A DNA stretch of 18,329 nt from Chthonomonadales bacterium (GCA_049967475.1 JBMFSQ010000006.1:1-18329), one strand, 5' to 3'; shown: positions 1-7,873, counted from the first letter of the stretch. The notes: generated from the sequence alone by a model not told the origin. Program-made: numbers and translations.

Positions 1-2
1 GC

Positions 3-242
3 GAAGTGCGGGGATTGCGCGCCCGGGGCGGCTTCGAAGTGGAGATCGCATGGCGGGAAGGGAAGCTCATCCGCGCTCGCATCCGTTCCACTGTGGGCGG
101 CACGCTGCGCCTGCGCACCCCGGTTCCCGTGAAGGTGACGCTGCGCGGCAAGCCTGTGCACCTCACTCACCGGGAGAGTGGCATGGTAGCGTTCGCCGCC
201 GAGCCGGGCCGCGTGTACACGGTGGCCGCCGGCGCAATCTAA
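3..242 (+). CDS. C-terminal fragment of a GH95-type alpha-L-fucosidase (truncated by window start)
   Basis: Frame open from the window edge; [19 protein letters not shown]...IRSTVGG matches the typical GH95 C-terminal beta domain; TAA at 240-242. Confidence 0.8.
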   Translation, partial: EVRGLRARGGFEVEIAWREGKLIRARIRSTVGGTLRLRTPVPVKVTLRGKPVHLTHRESGMVAFAAEPGRVYTVAAGAI

Positions 243-256
243 GAGGAGGCGGAAAC

Positions 257-1952
257 GTGGTGACGCGTGGATCGGGAATGCTGCAGTGCCGATGGTTGGT
301 TGCGATCGCCCTCGCGGCTGTTGGCCTTGCGGGATGCACAAGGGAGGTTCCCAGGTTGCAGCATGTCGCGGGCCCCATCCCTCATCTGGGTCCTGCCGTC
401 TACTTCACCGACGTTACCCAGCGTGCCGGCATTGCCTTTCGGCATTGCATGGGTGATGGGTGATAGGGCGCTGAATAACATCATCGAGAGCCAGGGAGGC
501 GGCGCGGCCTGGCTGGATTACGACCGCGATGGACGGATGGACCTGTACCTCGCCACGGGTGTGTGGATGAAAGGCTTGAGCCAGGGGCCGTTCTGTGGCC
601 ATTCGGAACGGAACCGCCTGTATCGGAACAACGGGGATGGCACGTTTACAGACGTAACCGATCGTGCCGGAGTGGGACTTCGCAGGTATTCCATGGGAGT
701 GGCTGTGGGCGATTACGATAACGATGGCTATCCCGACATCTACGTGTGCTGCTATCGCGGCCCGAATGTGCTCTACCATAACAACGGCGACGGAACATTC
801 ACGGATGTAGCCGTTCATGCGGGCGTCGCGGATAACCAGGACTGCGTCAGCGCGGTCTTTTTCGATTACGATAACGATGGATTGCTGGACCTGTACGTTG
901 GGAACTACCTCCACTATGATCCCGCCCACCGCGAGCATCTTCCGGCGGGAGAATACCCAGGCCCCCAATCCTACGGGGGTGAGCCCAGCGTGCTGTACCA
1001 CAATAACGGGGACGGCACCTTCACCGATGTAACGCGCAGAATGGGGGTGTATGATCCTTCAGGCAAGGCAATGGGGGTATCCGCAGCCGACGCCGATGGT
1101 GACGGATGGGTGGATCTGTACCAGGCCAATGACGGTTTGGCCAAGCGCCTGTATCACAACGACCACGGCAGGCGCTTTGTGGACGTTGCGCAGAAGGCAG
1201 GCGTTGCCTTCGGTTCGGCAGGGGAGAAGGCGGCAAGCATGATGGGTGCCTGGGCTGATTACGACGGAGACGGCCTGCTGGACCTCTTCGTCACGGACGA
1301 CGCCACCAAACCGCTGTTTCACAATGAAGGGCGCGGTGTGTTTCAGGATCTTAGCGCACAGGCGGGCGTTGCTCCCATTTGTGGCAAGGCCACCAGTTGG
1401 GGCGCCTGCTTCGTGGATGCGGCCAACAAAGGCACCCTGGATCTGTTCATCGCTAACGGCGGCTTCTTTCGTTTAGAGGGGGAGCGGAGTAAACTCCTCG
1501 CCAATGACGGCCGCGGCCGCTTCCACGACGTTTCCCAGTCCAGCGGGCCCTATTTCCATAGATCGCTTTGCGGGCGTGCGGCCGCTATGGCAGACTATGA
1601 CAACGACGGCGGCGTGGATCTTGTTGTTACGAACCTAGACGGCCCCCCGATACTCCTGCACAACGACACAGCCGACCGCGGGCATTGGATCGGGGTTTGG
1701 CTGGAAGGTGTCCGCAGCAACCGGGACGGCGTGGGAGCCCAGGTGCGCGTTACCTGCGGCAATCGCACGTGGGTGGCTCAGCGGACGGGTGCCGGCGCCT
1801 ATCTGAGCGAGAACGATCCTCGCATCCACTTTGGCATCGGCGAGGCGCGCCGTGTGGACCGGCTGGAGGTGCGTTGGCCTTCGGGCATTCGGCAGGTTAT
1901 GGAGCGCGTTCCGGCAGATCGCGTCATCCGCGTGCGCGAGCCTTCTCGCTAA
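257..1952 (+). pseudogene. CRTAC1/ASPIC-UnbV family FG-GAP repeat lipoprotein, frameshifted at about 449-463
   Basis: SD AGGAGG at 244-249, then GTG at 257. Frame 2 gives a signal peptide with lipobox LAGC and FTDVTQRAGIAFRH, then TGA at 461-463. Frame 3 continues with ESQGGGAAWLDYDRDG, three NNGDGTFTDV repeats, several DxDxDG motifs and a UnbV-like C-terminus (SNRDGVGA...HFGIG...VRWPSG). Confidence 0.85.
449..464 (+). repeat. 7-bp tandem duplication (ATGGGTG)x2 + AT causing the frameshift
   Basis: Sequence reads ATGGGTG ATGGGTG ATAGG; removing one unit gives H-C-M-G-D-R-A-L-N-N in a single frame. Confidence 0.9.
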
Positions 1953-2153
1953 AGGCATCCCGCCGGCGTGCCGATGGGCCAATGGTTCGCCTGCGGGCAC
2001 AAAGCTCCGGAAGCATGGGGCTCCCAATCCGTTGCCGTTGCGTACTCCTTTGGAGTTTCGCGTCTCGTATTGCCGGGGGTAAGGTGCCGGGCGCCGGCAG
2101 AGCGGGATGCCGGGGAGCGGCAACGCTGGTGCCTTGGCTGTCCGCCAGATCCG

Positions 2154-2183
2154 TTTACAAGCCGGTTTGCCGCATGTTACAAT
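2154..2183 (+). promoter_or_regulatory. Putative sigma70 promoter firing antisense into the signal peptidase gene
   Basis: TTTACA (2154-2159), 18-nt spacer, TACAAT (2178-2183) with extended -10 TG at 2175-2176; AT-rich motif in GC-rich DNA. Confidence 0.5.
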
Positions 2184-2188
2184 TACGC

Positions 2189-2641
2189 CTAACTGGGAGG
2201 CGGCGCCCCCAGAACTTTGCCCAACACGTCCCGCAACGGAACCGGCCCGAACTCCCGACTATCGTCCGACACGGCAAGATTGTCGCCCAGGACGACGATT
2301 TGGCCTTTTGGGACCCGCAGTGGCGCATCGTGTTTGCCCGTGGGCTCAAAGAAGTCCATAGCAGCGGTAAAACGGGCAGCCGTTTTGCGGTCCAGCACTT
2401 CTCCCGGCAGGCGGAATACGCGTTTGATGAGTACGGAGTTGCCCCTGCGGATGAGCACGACGTTTCCACGGCGGATGCCTCTAGGCCAGAGGATGCGGGA
2501 CACGACCACCATCTGGCCGTCCACGAAGGTAGGCGCCATAGAAGATCCGTGCACCACTGCTACACGGAATGTGGAGACCATCAGGATTGTGAGCAAGGCA
2601 GTGACGGCGGAAGCGATCCATTGTCGTCTCGTGTGGGGCAT
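2189..2641 (-). CDS. lepB: Signal peptidase I (S26 family), short single-TM form
   Basis: N-terminal TM, catalytic Ser box GSSMAPT, Lys box LIKRV, and GDNLAVSDDSREFG. ATG at 2641 preferred over GTG at 2653. Confidence 0.9.
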   Translation of the reverse strand: MPHTRRQWIASAVTALLTILMVSTFRVAVVHGSSMAPTFVDGQMVVVSRILWPRGIRRGNVVLIRRGNSVLIKRVFRLPGEVLDRKTAARFTAAMDFFEPTGKHDAPLRVPKGQIVVLGDNLAVSDDSREFGPVPLRDVLGKVLGAPPPS

Positions 2642-2703
2642 TGGGCGTAGCACGTCTGGACCCTGCCGCCCAATGGAGGCGGCCGAGCTCGTGTAATTGT
2701 GAC

Positions 2704-2723
2704 ATTATAGCACGTGGTATGCT
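2704..2723. promoter_or_regulatory. Back-to-back extended -10 promoters
   Basis: Minus strand TGCTATAAT (2712-2704, perfect TGnTATAAT) faces lepB; plus strand TGGTATGCT (2715-2723) faces the DUF4446 operon. Confidence 0.65.
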
Positions 2724-2796
2724 GACAGGCGGGACACGGTGCCCGCGGGAAACCGGTAGGCATGTTCCCGCCGCCAGGAAGGAGCCGTTATCGTAC

Positions 2797-3306
2797 ATGG
2801 CTGGACCGTGGATGAATGCCATCGCCGCCCATCGTACTGAGGTGGACGCAGCACTCGTCTTGGCGCTGATGGCGATGATGTTGATTGTGTGCCTGCTCTA
2901 TCTACGGGTGGGCCGGTTGAACCGGCTGTACTTGCGCCTTACCCGCAATACAAGCGGAGGGAACATCGAAGAGATCCTGATCGGCTATATGGACACCGTC
3001 CGGCAGGTGGAGGCGCGGCTAGCTCGCATGGAAGAACGCGTGGAAGAACTTGCCAGGGTGCAGAAGACGTGTTTGCAAAGGATCGGCGTCGTGCGCTTCG
3101 ATGCCTTCGAGGAAGTAGGCGGCAAGCAGAGCTTCGCAGTGGTCCTTGCCAATGCCCAGGACGACGGCGTAGTACTCAGCAGCGTCTACAGCCGCCGCGA
3201 CGTTAGGATCTACGCGAAATTTCTCCACGCGGGCAAGCCGAGCCACCCGCTCACAGACGAGGAGCGGGAGGCGTTGGATCAGGCCCGGGCGAACCGAATG
3301 GCATGA
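2797..3306 (+). CDS. DUF4446 family membrane-anchored coiled-coil protein
   Basis: SD AGGAAGGAG upstream of ATG 2797; N-terminal TM, coiled coil, then QRIGVVRFDAFEEVGGKQSFAVVL...YAK...LTDEEREAL typical of DUF4446; ATGA overlap with the next gene. Confidence 0.85.
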   Translation: MAGPWMNAIAAHRTEVDAALVLALMAMMLIVCLLYLRVGRLNRLYLRLTRNTSGGNIEEILIGYMDTVRQVEARLARMEERVEELARVQKTCLQRIGVVRFDAFEEVGGKQSFAVVLANAQDDGVVLSSVYSRRDVRIYAKFLHAGKPSHPLTDEEREALDQARANRMA

Positions 3307-3920
3307 CGGAGGAAGGCGCCAGCCCGAGGTCGGCAGGTTCCGAGGAGGATCTCAGGCTTGTAGAGCGGTGCAAGCGGGGAGATCGCGAGGCCTTCGATGC
3401 GCTCATGCGCCGCCACGAACGCAAAGTCTATAACTTTGCCTACCGTCTGTCTGGCAACTACGACGAGGCGAACGATATCGCGGCTGAGGCCTTTGTGCGT
3501 GTCTACACGCGCATCCAATCGTTCCGCGGCGAGTCAGCCTTCCTCACGTGGCTGTTCCGCATCGTGACGAACGTGTTCCTGGATGCGCGCAAACGCCGCC
3601 GCTCCCGGCCGGCGGAGTCGCTCGAGCAGCTCATCGAAGCGGACGACCGCGGACTGGCCCGCCATGCCGAAGAGGCTTCCGTGAACCCCCAGGTCGAGCT
3701 GGAGCGCAGCGAGCGGGACGCGATGCTCCAGAAGGCCATCGCCACTCTCCCGGAGTACCAGCGTGCCATGATCCTGCTGTATCACGTGGAAGGGATGTCC
3801 TACGAACAGATCGCGGCCACCATGGACCTGCCCATCGGCACGGTGAAATCACGCCTCAATCGGGCACGCCTGGCCCTCAAGCAGGCTCTTGCGGGTTCTG
3901 CGGAACATTTCAGCCGGTAG
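3303..3920 (+). CDS. ECF RNA polymerase sigma factor (RpoE/SigW-like)
   Basis: Region 2 (GDREAFDALM...DIAAEAFVRVY...FRGESAFLTWLFRIVTN) and region 4 (LPEYQR...GMSYEQIA...GTVKSRLNRAR). Confidence 0.95.
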   Translation: MTEEGASPRSAGSEEDLRLVERCKRGDREAFDALMRRHERKVYNFAYRLSGNYDEANDIAAEAFVRVYTRIQSFRGESAFLTWLFRIVTNVFLDARKRRRSRPAESLEQLIEADDRGLARHAEEASVNPQVELERSERDAMLQKAIATLPEYQRAMILLYHVEGMSYEQIAATMDLPIGTVKSRLNRARLALKQALAGSAEHFSR

Positions 3921-3927
3921 GAGCGTC
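3902..3927 (+). promoter_or_regulatory. Putative ECF-sigma promoter overlapping the 3' end of the sigma gene
   Basis: GGAAC (3902-3906), 17 nt, CGTC (3924-3927); about 60 nt upstream of the anti-sigma ATG. Confidence 0.6.
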
Positions 3928-3987
3928 GAACAGATGAACCGAGGTCGTGTGGGCGTGCATTCCGCCCGAGCCGTCTAAGGAACGCTT

Positions 3988-4701
3988 ATGCGCTGTGACA
4001 CTGCCCGAGATCATTTTTCGGATTATGCATCCGGCCATGCTCACGAAGCCCTCCGTGCGGCGCTGGATCTGCATCTCGCCGATTGCCCCTCGTGCCGCCG
4101 CGAGGTCGAGGACCTCAAGCTCCTCTGGCGCGCGTTGGATCAGCTCGAGGTTGTCGAAGCGCCTCCTAGCCTCCGCTCGGAAGTCTGGCGACGGATAGAT
4201 GCCGAGGCGCAACTCCAGCAGCAACTGCGCCCGCGAACGCTGGCCAATTTGCTGGCCGGGCGGGCGGCGTGGCAGCGTGTAACCGCTTGGGGAGTGGCGG
4301 TGTGTTTGGTAGCCCTTTTGGCAGGAATAACGGTTCCAGGTAATTACCAGCGGGCCCTCTTGGGGGATCTCGGTTTTCGGCGATTGCTGCCCGGGCCGAC
4401 TGTGCCCGAGGTCACCGCGCGCGTATCCTCGGTCACGCCTGTGGCCGATGCGGATCAGCTCTTCGATGATGTCGTCATCACAGTAGAGGCAAAGGGTCCG
4501 GCCCGCAGAGTACGCGTCACACCATCGGAGGGCCGTGTGGTGGGGGCCCAGGATGTAATCGTGGGGACCGGCCAGCCTTCCGATGTCGTCCTTCGCCTAG
4601 GGCACTCATGGGCTCCGAGGATCGTGACTGTGAAGATCCAGGAGCAGGCGCATCCACAACGGGAGACAGATTTCCGGCTGGCGGTCCCTCAAACGCCGTA
4701 G
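3988..4701 (+). CDS. Zinc-binding (zf-HC2/ZAS) transmembrane anti-sigma factor
   Basis: MRC...HLADCPSC (HxxxCxxC), central TM (AWGVAVCLVALLAGITV), beta-rich extracytoplasmic C-terminus; directly after the ECF sigma. Confidence 0.9.
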   Translation: MRCDTARDHFSDYASGHAHEALRAALDLHLADCPSCRREVEDLKLLWRALDQLEVVEAPPSLRSEVWRRIDAEAQLQQQLRPRTLANLLAGRAAWQRVTAWGVAVCLVALLAGITVPGNYQRALLGDLGFRRLLPGPTVPEVTARVSSVTPVADADQLFDDVVITVEAKGPARRVRVTPSEGRVVGAQDVIVGTGQPSDVVLRLGHSWAPRIVTVKIQEQAHPQRETDFRLAVPQTP

Positions 4702-4806
4702 CCTATTCCCGCGTGGCGAGATGCAAGGTCCGATGACTGCTGCCGGGCGGGCACATCGCAGCATGTGTGGCGCGATGCCGTCGTACCCATGCAGCCTTCA
4801 GTTCCG

Positions 4807-5688
4807 TTAGTGCTTCTTGAGCAAAGGTCTTGCAGGTGAGCCTGATGCTGCCGCGCCGGTTTTGCGCTTCTGGATGGTGATGCGGGTGGCTGTTTGTTCG
4901 CCCTCTGCATCACGGCGGAGGTGCACCGTTACGCGAAGCCCTGGCCGCAGGAAGGTAGTCTTCACATCTCGCGCTGCTTCCCGAACCACGCAATCCGCTG
5001 CGAGCTTTACCTGCCGCTCATCGCCTGCCAGGGTATGAAGAGTAAGCTCCCGTTTGGTTGGATCCACGGCTGCGATCGTGCCGGTGACCGTGCTTCGCGT
5101 GCGCTCCTTGAGCCGTGCCGCAAAGGCGGGCGTGTCGGCTACCGCTGCCGCCATGAGGCCGCCACTGGGCAGCGGCCGCGGCGCAACGTACACCCGATCG
5201 CCCACTGTATACTCATTGGGCTGGGCGGGCTTGTTCTCCTTACCCCACAATGTTTTGGAAGTGACGCGGTACTCTATGGGGCCCGCGCCCGAGCTGTCCG
5301 TACCGGCGATATGGTCGTCTGTAACCGCCGTGAGGGTAATGGCCGTAATCTGGCTTCTAAGGCGGAGGATCCATTCCCAGCTCACCCTGTCCGCCACATC
5401 GTATAGAGACGGCGCACCGGTACGGCTACGCCGGAAGCGGACTACGACTTCGTCTCCTGGCTTGAGATCTTGCACTGTGATCGGCTTTTTGTTGCGAAAA
5501 ACGTGCGTCTTGGGCGTGATGCGGTATTCTACGGCGCGGCCGTCGTGCGTGCGAAGGGAGAGGGCTTCCTGAGCAGGATCCAAAGCGGCTATAGTACCGG
5601 ATTGGACATTAGCGGGGGTGGAAGCGTGTTGGGCAGGGGCCTGGGCAAAAAGACGCTGCGCGGTAAGCAGCACAAAGCCGGCCAGCAT
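4807..5688 (-). CDS. Secreted protein with three DUF5666-like (OB-fold-like) repeats; start uncertain (5688 or 5775)
   Basis: Signal-like N-terminus (MLAGFVLLTAQRLFAQA); repeats GTIAALDP...DLKPGDEVVV, ...EYTVGDRVYV and GTIAAVDP...FLRPGLRVTV. Confidence 0.7.
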   Translation of the reverse strand: MLAGFVLLTAQRLFAQAPAQHASTPANVQSGTIAALDPAQEALSLRTHDGRAVEYRITPKTHVFRNKKPITVQDLKPGDEVVVRFRRSRTGAPSLYDVADRVSWEWILRLRSQITAITLTAVTDDHIAGTDSSGAGPIEYRVTSKTLWGKENKPAQPNEYTVGDRVYVAPRPLPSGGLMAAAVADTPAFAARLKERTRSTVTGTIAAVDPTKRELTLHTLAGDERQVKLAADCVVREAARDVKTTFLRPGLRVTVHLRRDAEGEQTATRITIQKRKTGAAASGSPARPLLKKH

Positions 5689-5769
5689 CGCCCGTGCGAT
5701 CCCGGTTGGGGGTTTGATCCTCCGCTGCGCCCTTGGCGGAACAGGGGATCTTAGAGCCGTTGTGCTGTT

Positions 5770-5784
5770 TGGCACAGTTCTTGC
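5770..5784 (+). promoter_or_regulatory. Sigma54-type -24/-12 motif
   Basis: TGGCAC-AGTTC-TTGC matches TGGCAC-N5-TTGC exactly. Confidence 0.4.
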
Positions 5785-5791
5785 GTATGAG

Positions 5792-5882
5792 AAACAGGGG
5801 TGCGCCGTGCTGCCGCGGTTGGTAAACGGGATGGTCCGGCAACACTCAGCCCGCCGGGGCCTATCGGCGCACCCATCTGTTT
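5792..5882. ncRNA. Candidate structured RNA (three-way junction) or complex terminator downstream of greA
   Basis: AAACAG/CTGTTT plus GGGTGCGCCG (5798-5807)/CGGCGCACCC (5865-5874) closing stem; inner stems 5807-5815/5837-5845 and 5849-5852/5857-5860. Confidence 0.35.
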
Positions 5883-5940
5883 GGCGGGGCTCCATGATGC
5901 GCTCCTCCGATCGTTGCGTCCGGCCATCCCAGGTCGGGCG

Positions 5941-6417
5941 CTAGGGGCGGCGCACTTCCAGGATCTGGTAACGTGCTACTCCCGCCGGGATGGCCACTTC
6001 CACCGTGTCCCCTTCGAACTTGCCCAACAAAGCCTGGCCCACGGGGGATTGGACCGAGATCTTGTCATTCACCGGATCTGCCTGTACTGCGTCTACGAGG
6101 TGGTAATCCCACTCATCGCCGGTTTCAAGGTCCCTCACCCGCACTATGGAACCGAGGCAGGCTCCTTCGTGGGTCTGAGCTCCGTCGGGAACCACCTTGG
6201 CGATCTGGAGCGTTCGCTCCATTTCTGCGATGCGGCCGTTGAGGATGCCTTGTTCGCGCCGAGCTGAGTGATATTCAAAGTTCTCGGAAAGATCTCCGAA
6301 GGCGCGCGCACGCTTGAGCGCCTCGGCGATTTCCCGGCGCTTTACCGATTTCAGGTGCTCCAATTCTTGTTGAAGCCGGCGATAGCTGCTCTCTGTAAGG
6401 ATGATCTCTTCGGGCAT
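5941..6417 (-). CDS. greA: Transcription elongation factor GreA
   Basis: 158 aa; ARAFGDLSENFEY signature and C-terminal ISVQSPVGQALLG. Confidence 0.97.
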   Translation of the reverse strand: MPEEIILTESSYRRLQQELEHLKSVKRREIAEALKRARAFGDLSENFEYHSARREQGILNGRIAEMERTLQIAKVVPDGAQTHEGACLGSIVRVRDLETGDEWDYHLVDAVQADPVNDKISVQSPVGQALLGKFEGDTVEVAIPAGVARYQILEVRRP

Positions 6418-6511
6418 GGACTACATCATGCTCCCAGCGACGACCGGGTTTTCCTCTCAGTGGCGGGTGGCGCAGCAGCCACCTCTGGGTTCTCCGTTTG
6501 AGGGTGCGGGT

Positions 6512-6541
6512 AACATACCACAGCCGCCTCAAGAATGTCAA
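6512..6541 (-). promoter_or_regulatory. Sigma70 promoter for greA
   Basis: Minus strand TTGACA (6541-6536), 18 nt, TATGTT (6517-6512) with extended TG. Confidence 0.75.
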
Positions 6542-6772
6542 TTCCCGCAGTTGCCGCATAGCCCGTCCTTAGCCTTGCCTGAAGCCCTCGTGTGTCCTCG
6601 GGAAGCCTACGGCATCTTGTCGCTGTGCAAGGCGGCGCACGCCCTCCAGGAGAGTTCCCGTTTCGACGCAGCCGTACGACTGGCGGAAGGATTCCTGCCC
6701 TCACCGTCGTATAGAAAAGCGCGGAACCTACCTTGAAGTAGGTGTCGGCTTGATCCTGGGTCGGAGTGCGCT

Positions 6773-7873
6773 ATGAACCGCTGCCGCATCCTGTTGTTCG
6801 TACTTCTTGTGGTTGTGGGAGTTCCTGCCGGAGCATGGCCGAGGTATGCCTCCAAGCTGGGCCTGCCCTGCCTTTATTGCCACAAGCAGCAAGACGGCAA
6901 GGGCGGCCTCAACCTCAGAGGCCAGTACTTCGTTGCCCACAAGTATACATTTGAAGGCTACGACGAAGAGAAGGTGATGGGGAAGTTGTCCCCACCCCTC
7001 TTCCACTCGGCGTGGACGGACACGCTGCCCCCATCGGTGCTCCGCATCGGCGTGGGCGACACTGCCGGTGACGGCAAGCTGCGCCTCGTGTGTCTTTCTT
7101 CCGAAGCGGGTTCCGCAGCTCGCACCATCACGATCCAAAAGTGGAACGGGTCCGCGTGGATTACTGAGTTCTCTGGCCCAGCACCCGGTGGGGGAGATCG
7201 GCTGGCCGTTGGCACGTTTGCCGCTGGGAGGCCCGCGGTTATCGTAACGGCTGGTGCGCTATGCTTCTGGAATGGAAGTGCGTACCAGGTGAAGCCGGCC
7301 CCCGCCGCGCTGGGCATTCTGGGGAAGGTCGTTTTGAAGGATGGGGCAGAACGCCTTTTGGTGCATCAGGGCAGCTCGGTTAAGCTGTACAGGGTAGACG
7401 TGGCTGCGAAGGATTGGCTTGTGGATCCGATGGACCCTCCTCACTCGTCTGCCACCCTCTTCACAGATATGAAGGGCCCCACCAAGGAACTCGAGGAGGT
7501 AGGCATGCCGTATCTCCTGGCTGCCGGCGGCATCGTGGGGCTTTGGGACGCCCGGAAAACCGATGCCCTCTTCCTCTACGGCGTGCAGGTGATTGGGCTC
7601 GTGGAGAGTAAAGGGGATGACACCCTCAAGGCGCCCCCGAAGCCGGGTGAGGCCGTGCCGGGGCTGGTACTCAAGGGCCGGGAGGTGCACCTGACTGTGG
7701 TGGATCCCCGATCGGCAACGCTCAAAACCCTATGGCACAGCGATGCGCTGCCGGGCGGAGTGCTGGACATCGTCGTGGGAGACCCCAAGGAGAACCGCCG
7801 CGGTTTGCTTGTTCTTACCGACAGCACCAGCAAAGGGCCGGGGCACTCCCTTATCTTCTTTCAACTGGATTAG
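6773..7873 (+). CDS. Secreted protein with an N-terminal CxxCH (c-type heme) motif and a beta-rich/FG-GAP-like body
   Basis: SD GGAG; signal peptide ending PAGA; WPRYASKLGLPCLYCH...LNLRGQYF; GVGDTAGDGKLRLV resembles an FG-GAP motif. Confidence 0.7.
   Translation: MNRCRILLFVLLVVVGVPAGAWPRYASKLGLPCLYCHKQQDGKGGLNLRGQYFVAHKYTFEGYDEEKVMGKLSPPLFHSAWTDTLPPSVLRIGVGDTAGDGKLRLVCLSSEAGSAARTITIQKWNGSAWITEFSGPAPGGGDRLAVGTFAAGRPAVIVTAGALCFWNGSAYQVKPAPAALGILGKVVLKDGAERLLVHQGSSVKLYRVDVAAKDWLVDPMDPPHSSATLFTDMKGPTKELEEVGMPYLLAAGGIVGLWDARKTDALFLYGVQVIGLVESKGDDTLKAPPKPGEAVPGLVLKGREVHLTVVDPRSATLKTLWHSDALPGGVLDIVVGDPKENRRGLLVLTDSTSKGPGHSLIFFQLD

Noticed and set aside
267..455. N-terminus of the 561-aa ORF as given in the track
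   Set aside because: Out-of-frame sequence; the real N-terminus with SD and lipobox is in frame 2 from 257.
620..1035. Three similar DNA segments encoding NNGDGTFTDV
   Set aside because: Ordinary FG-GAP protein repeats with synonymous divergence, not a template/variable repeat pair; no reverse transcriptase is in the window.
1685..2696. Plus-strand ORFs 1685-2650 and 2217-2696
   Set aside because: They overlap well-supported genes, have shadow-like composition, and the nearby GGGAGG is too far from TTG 2217.
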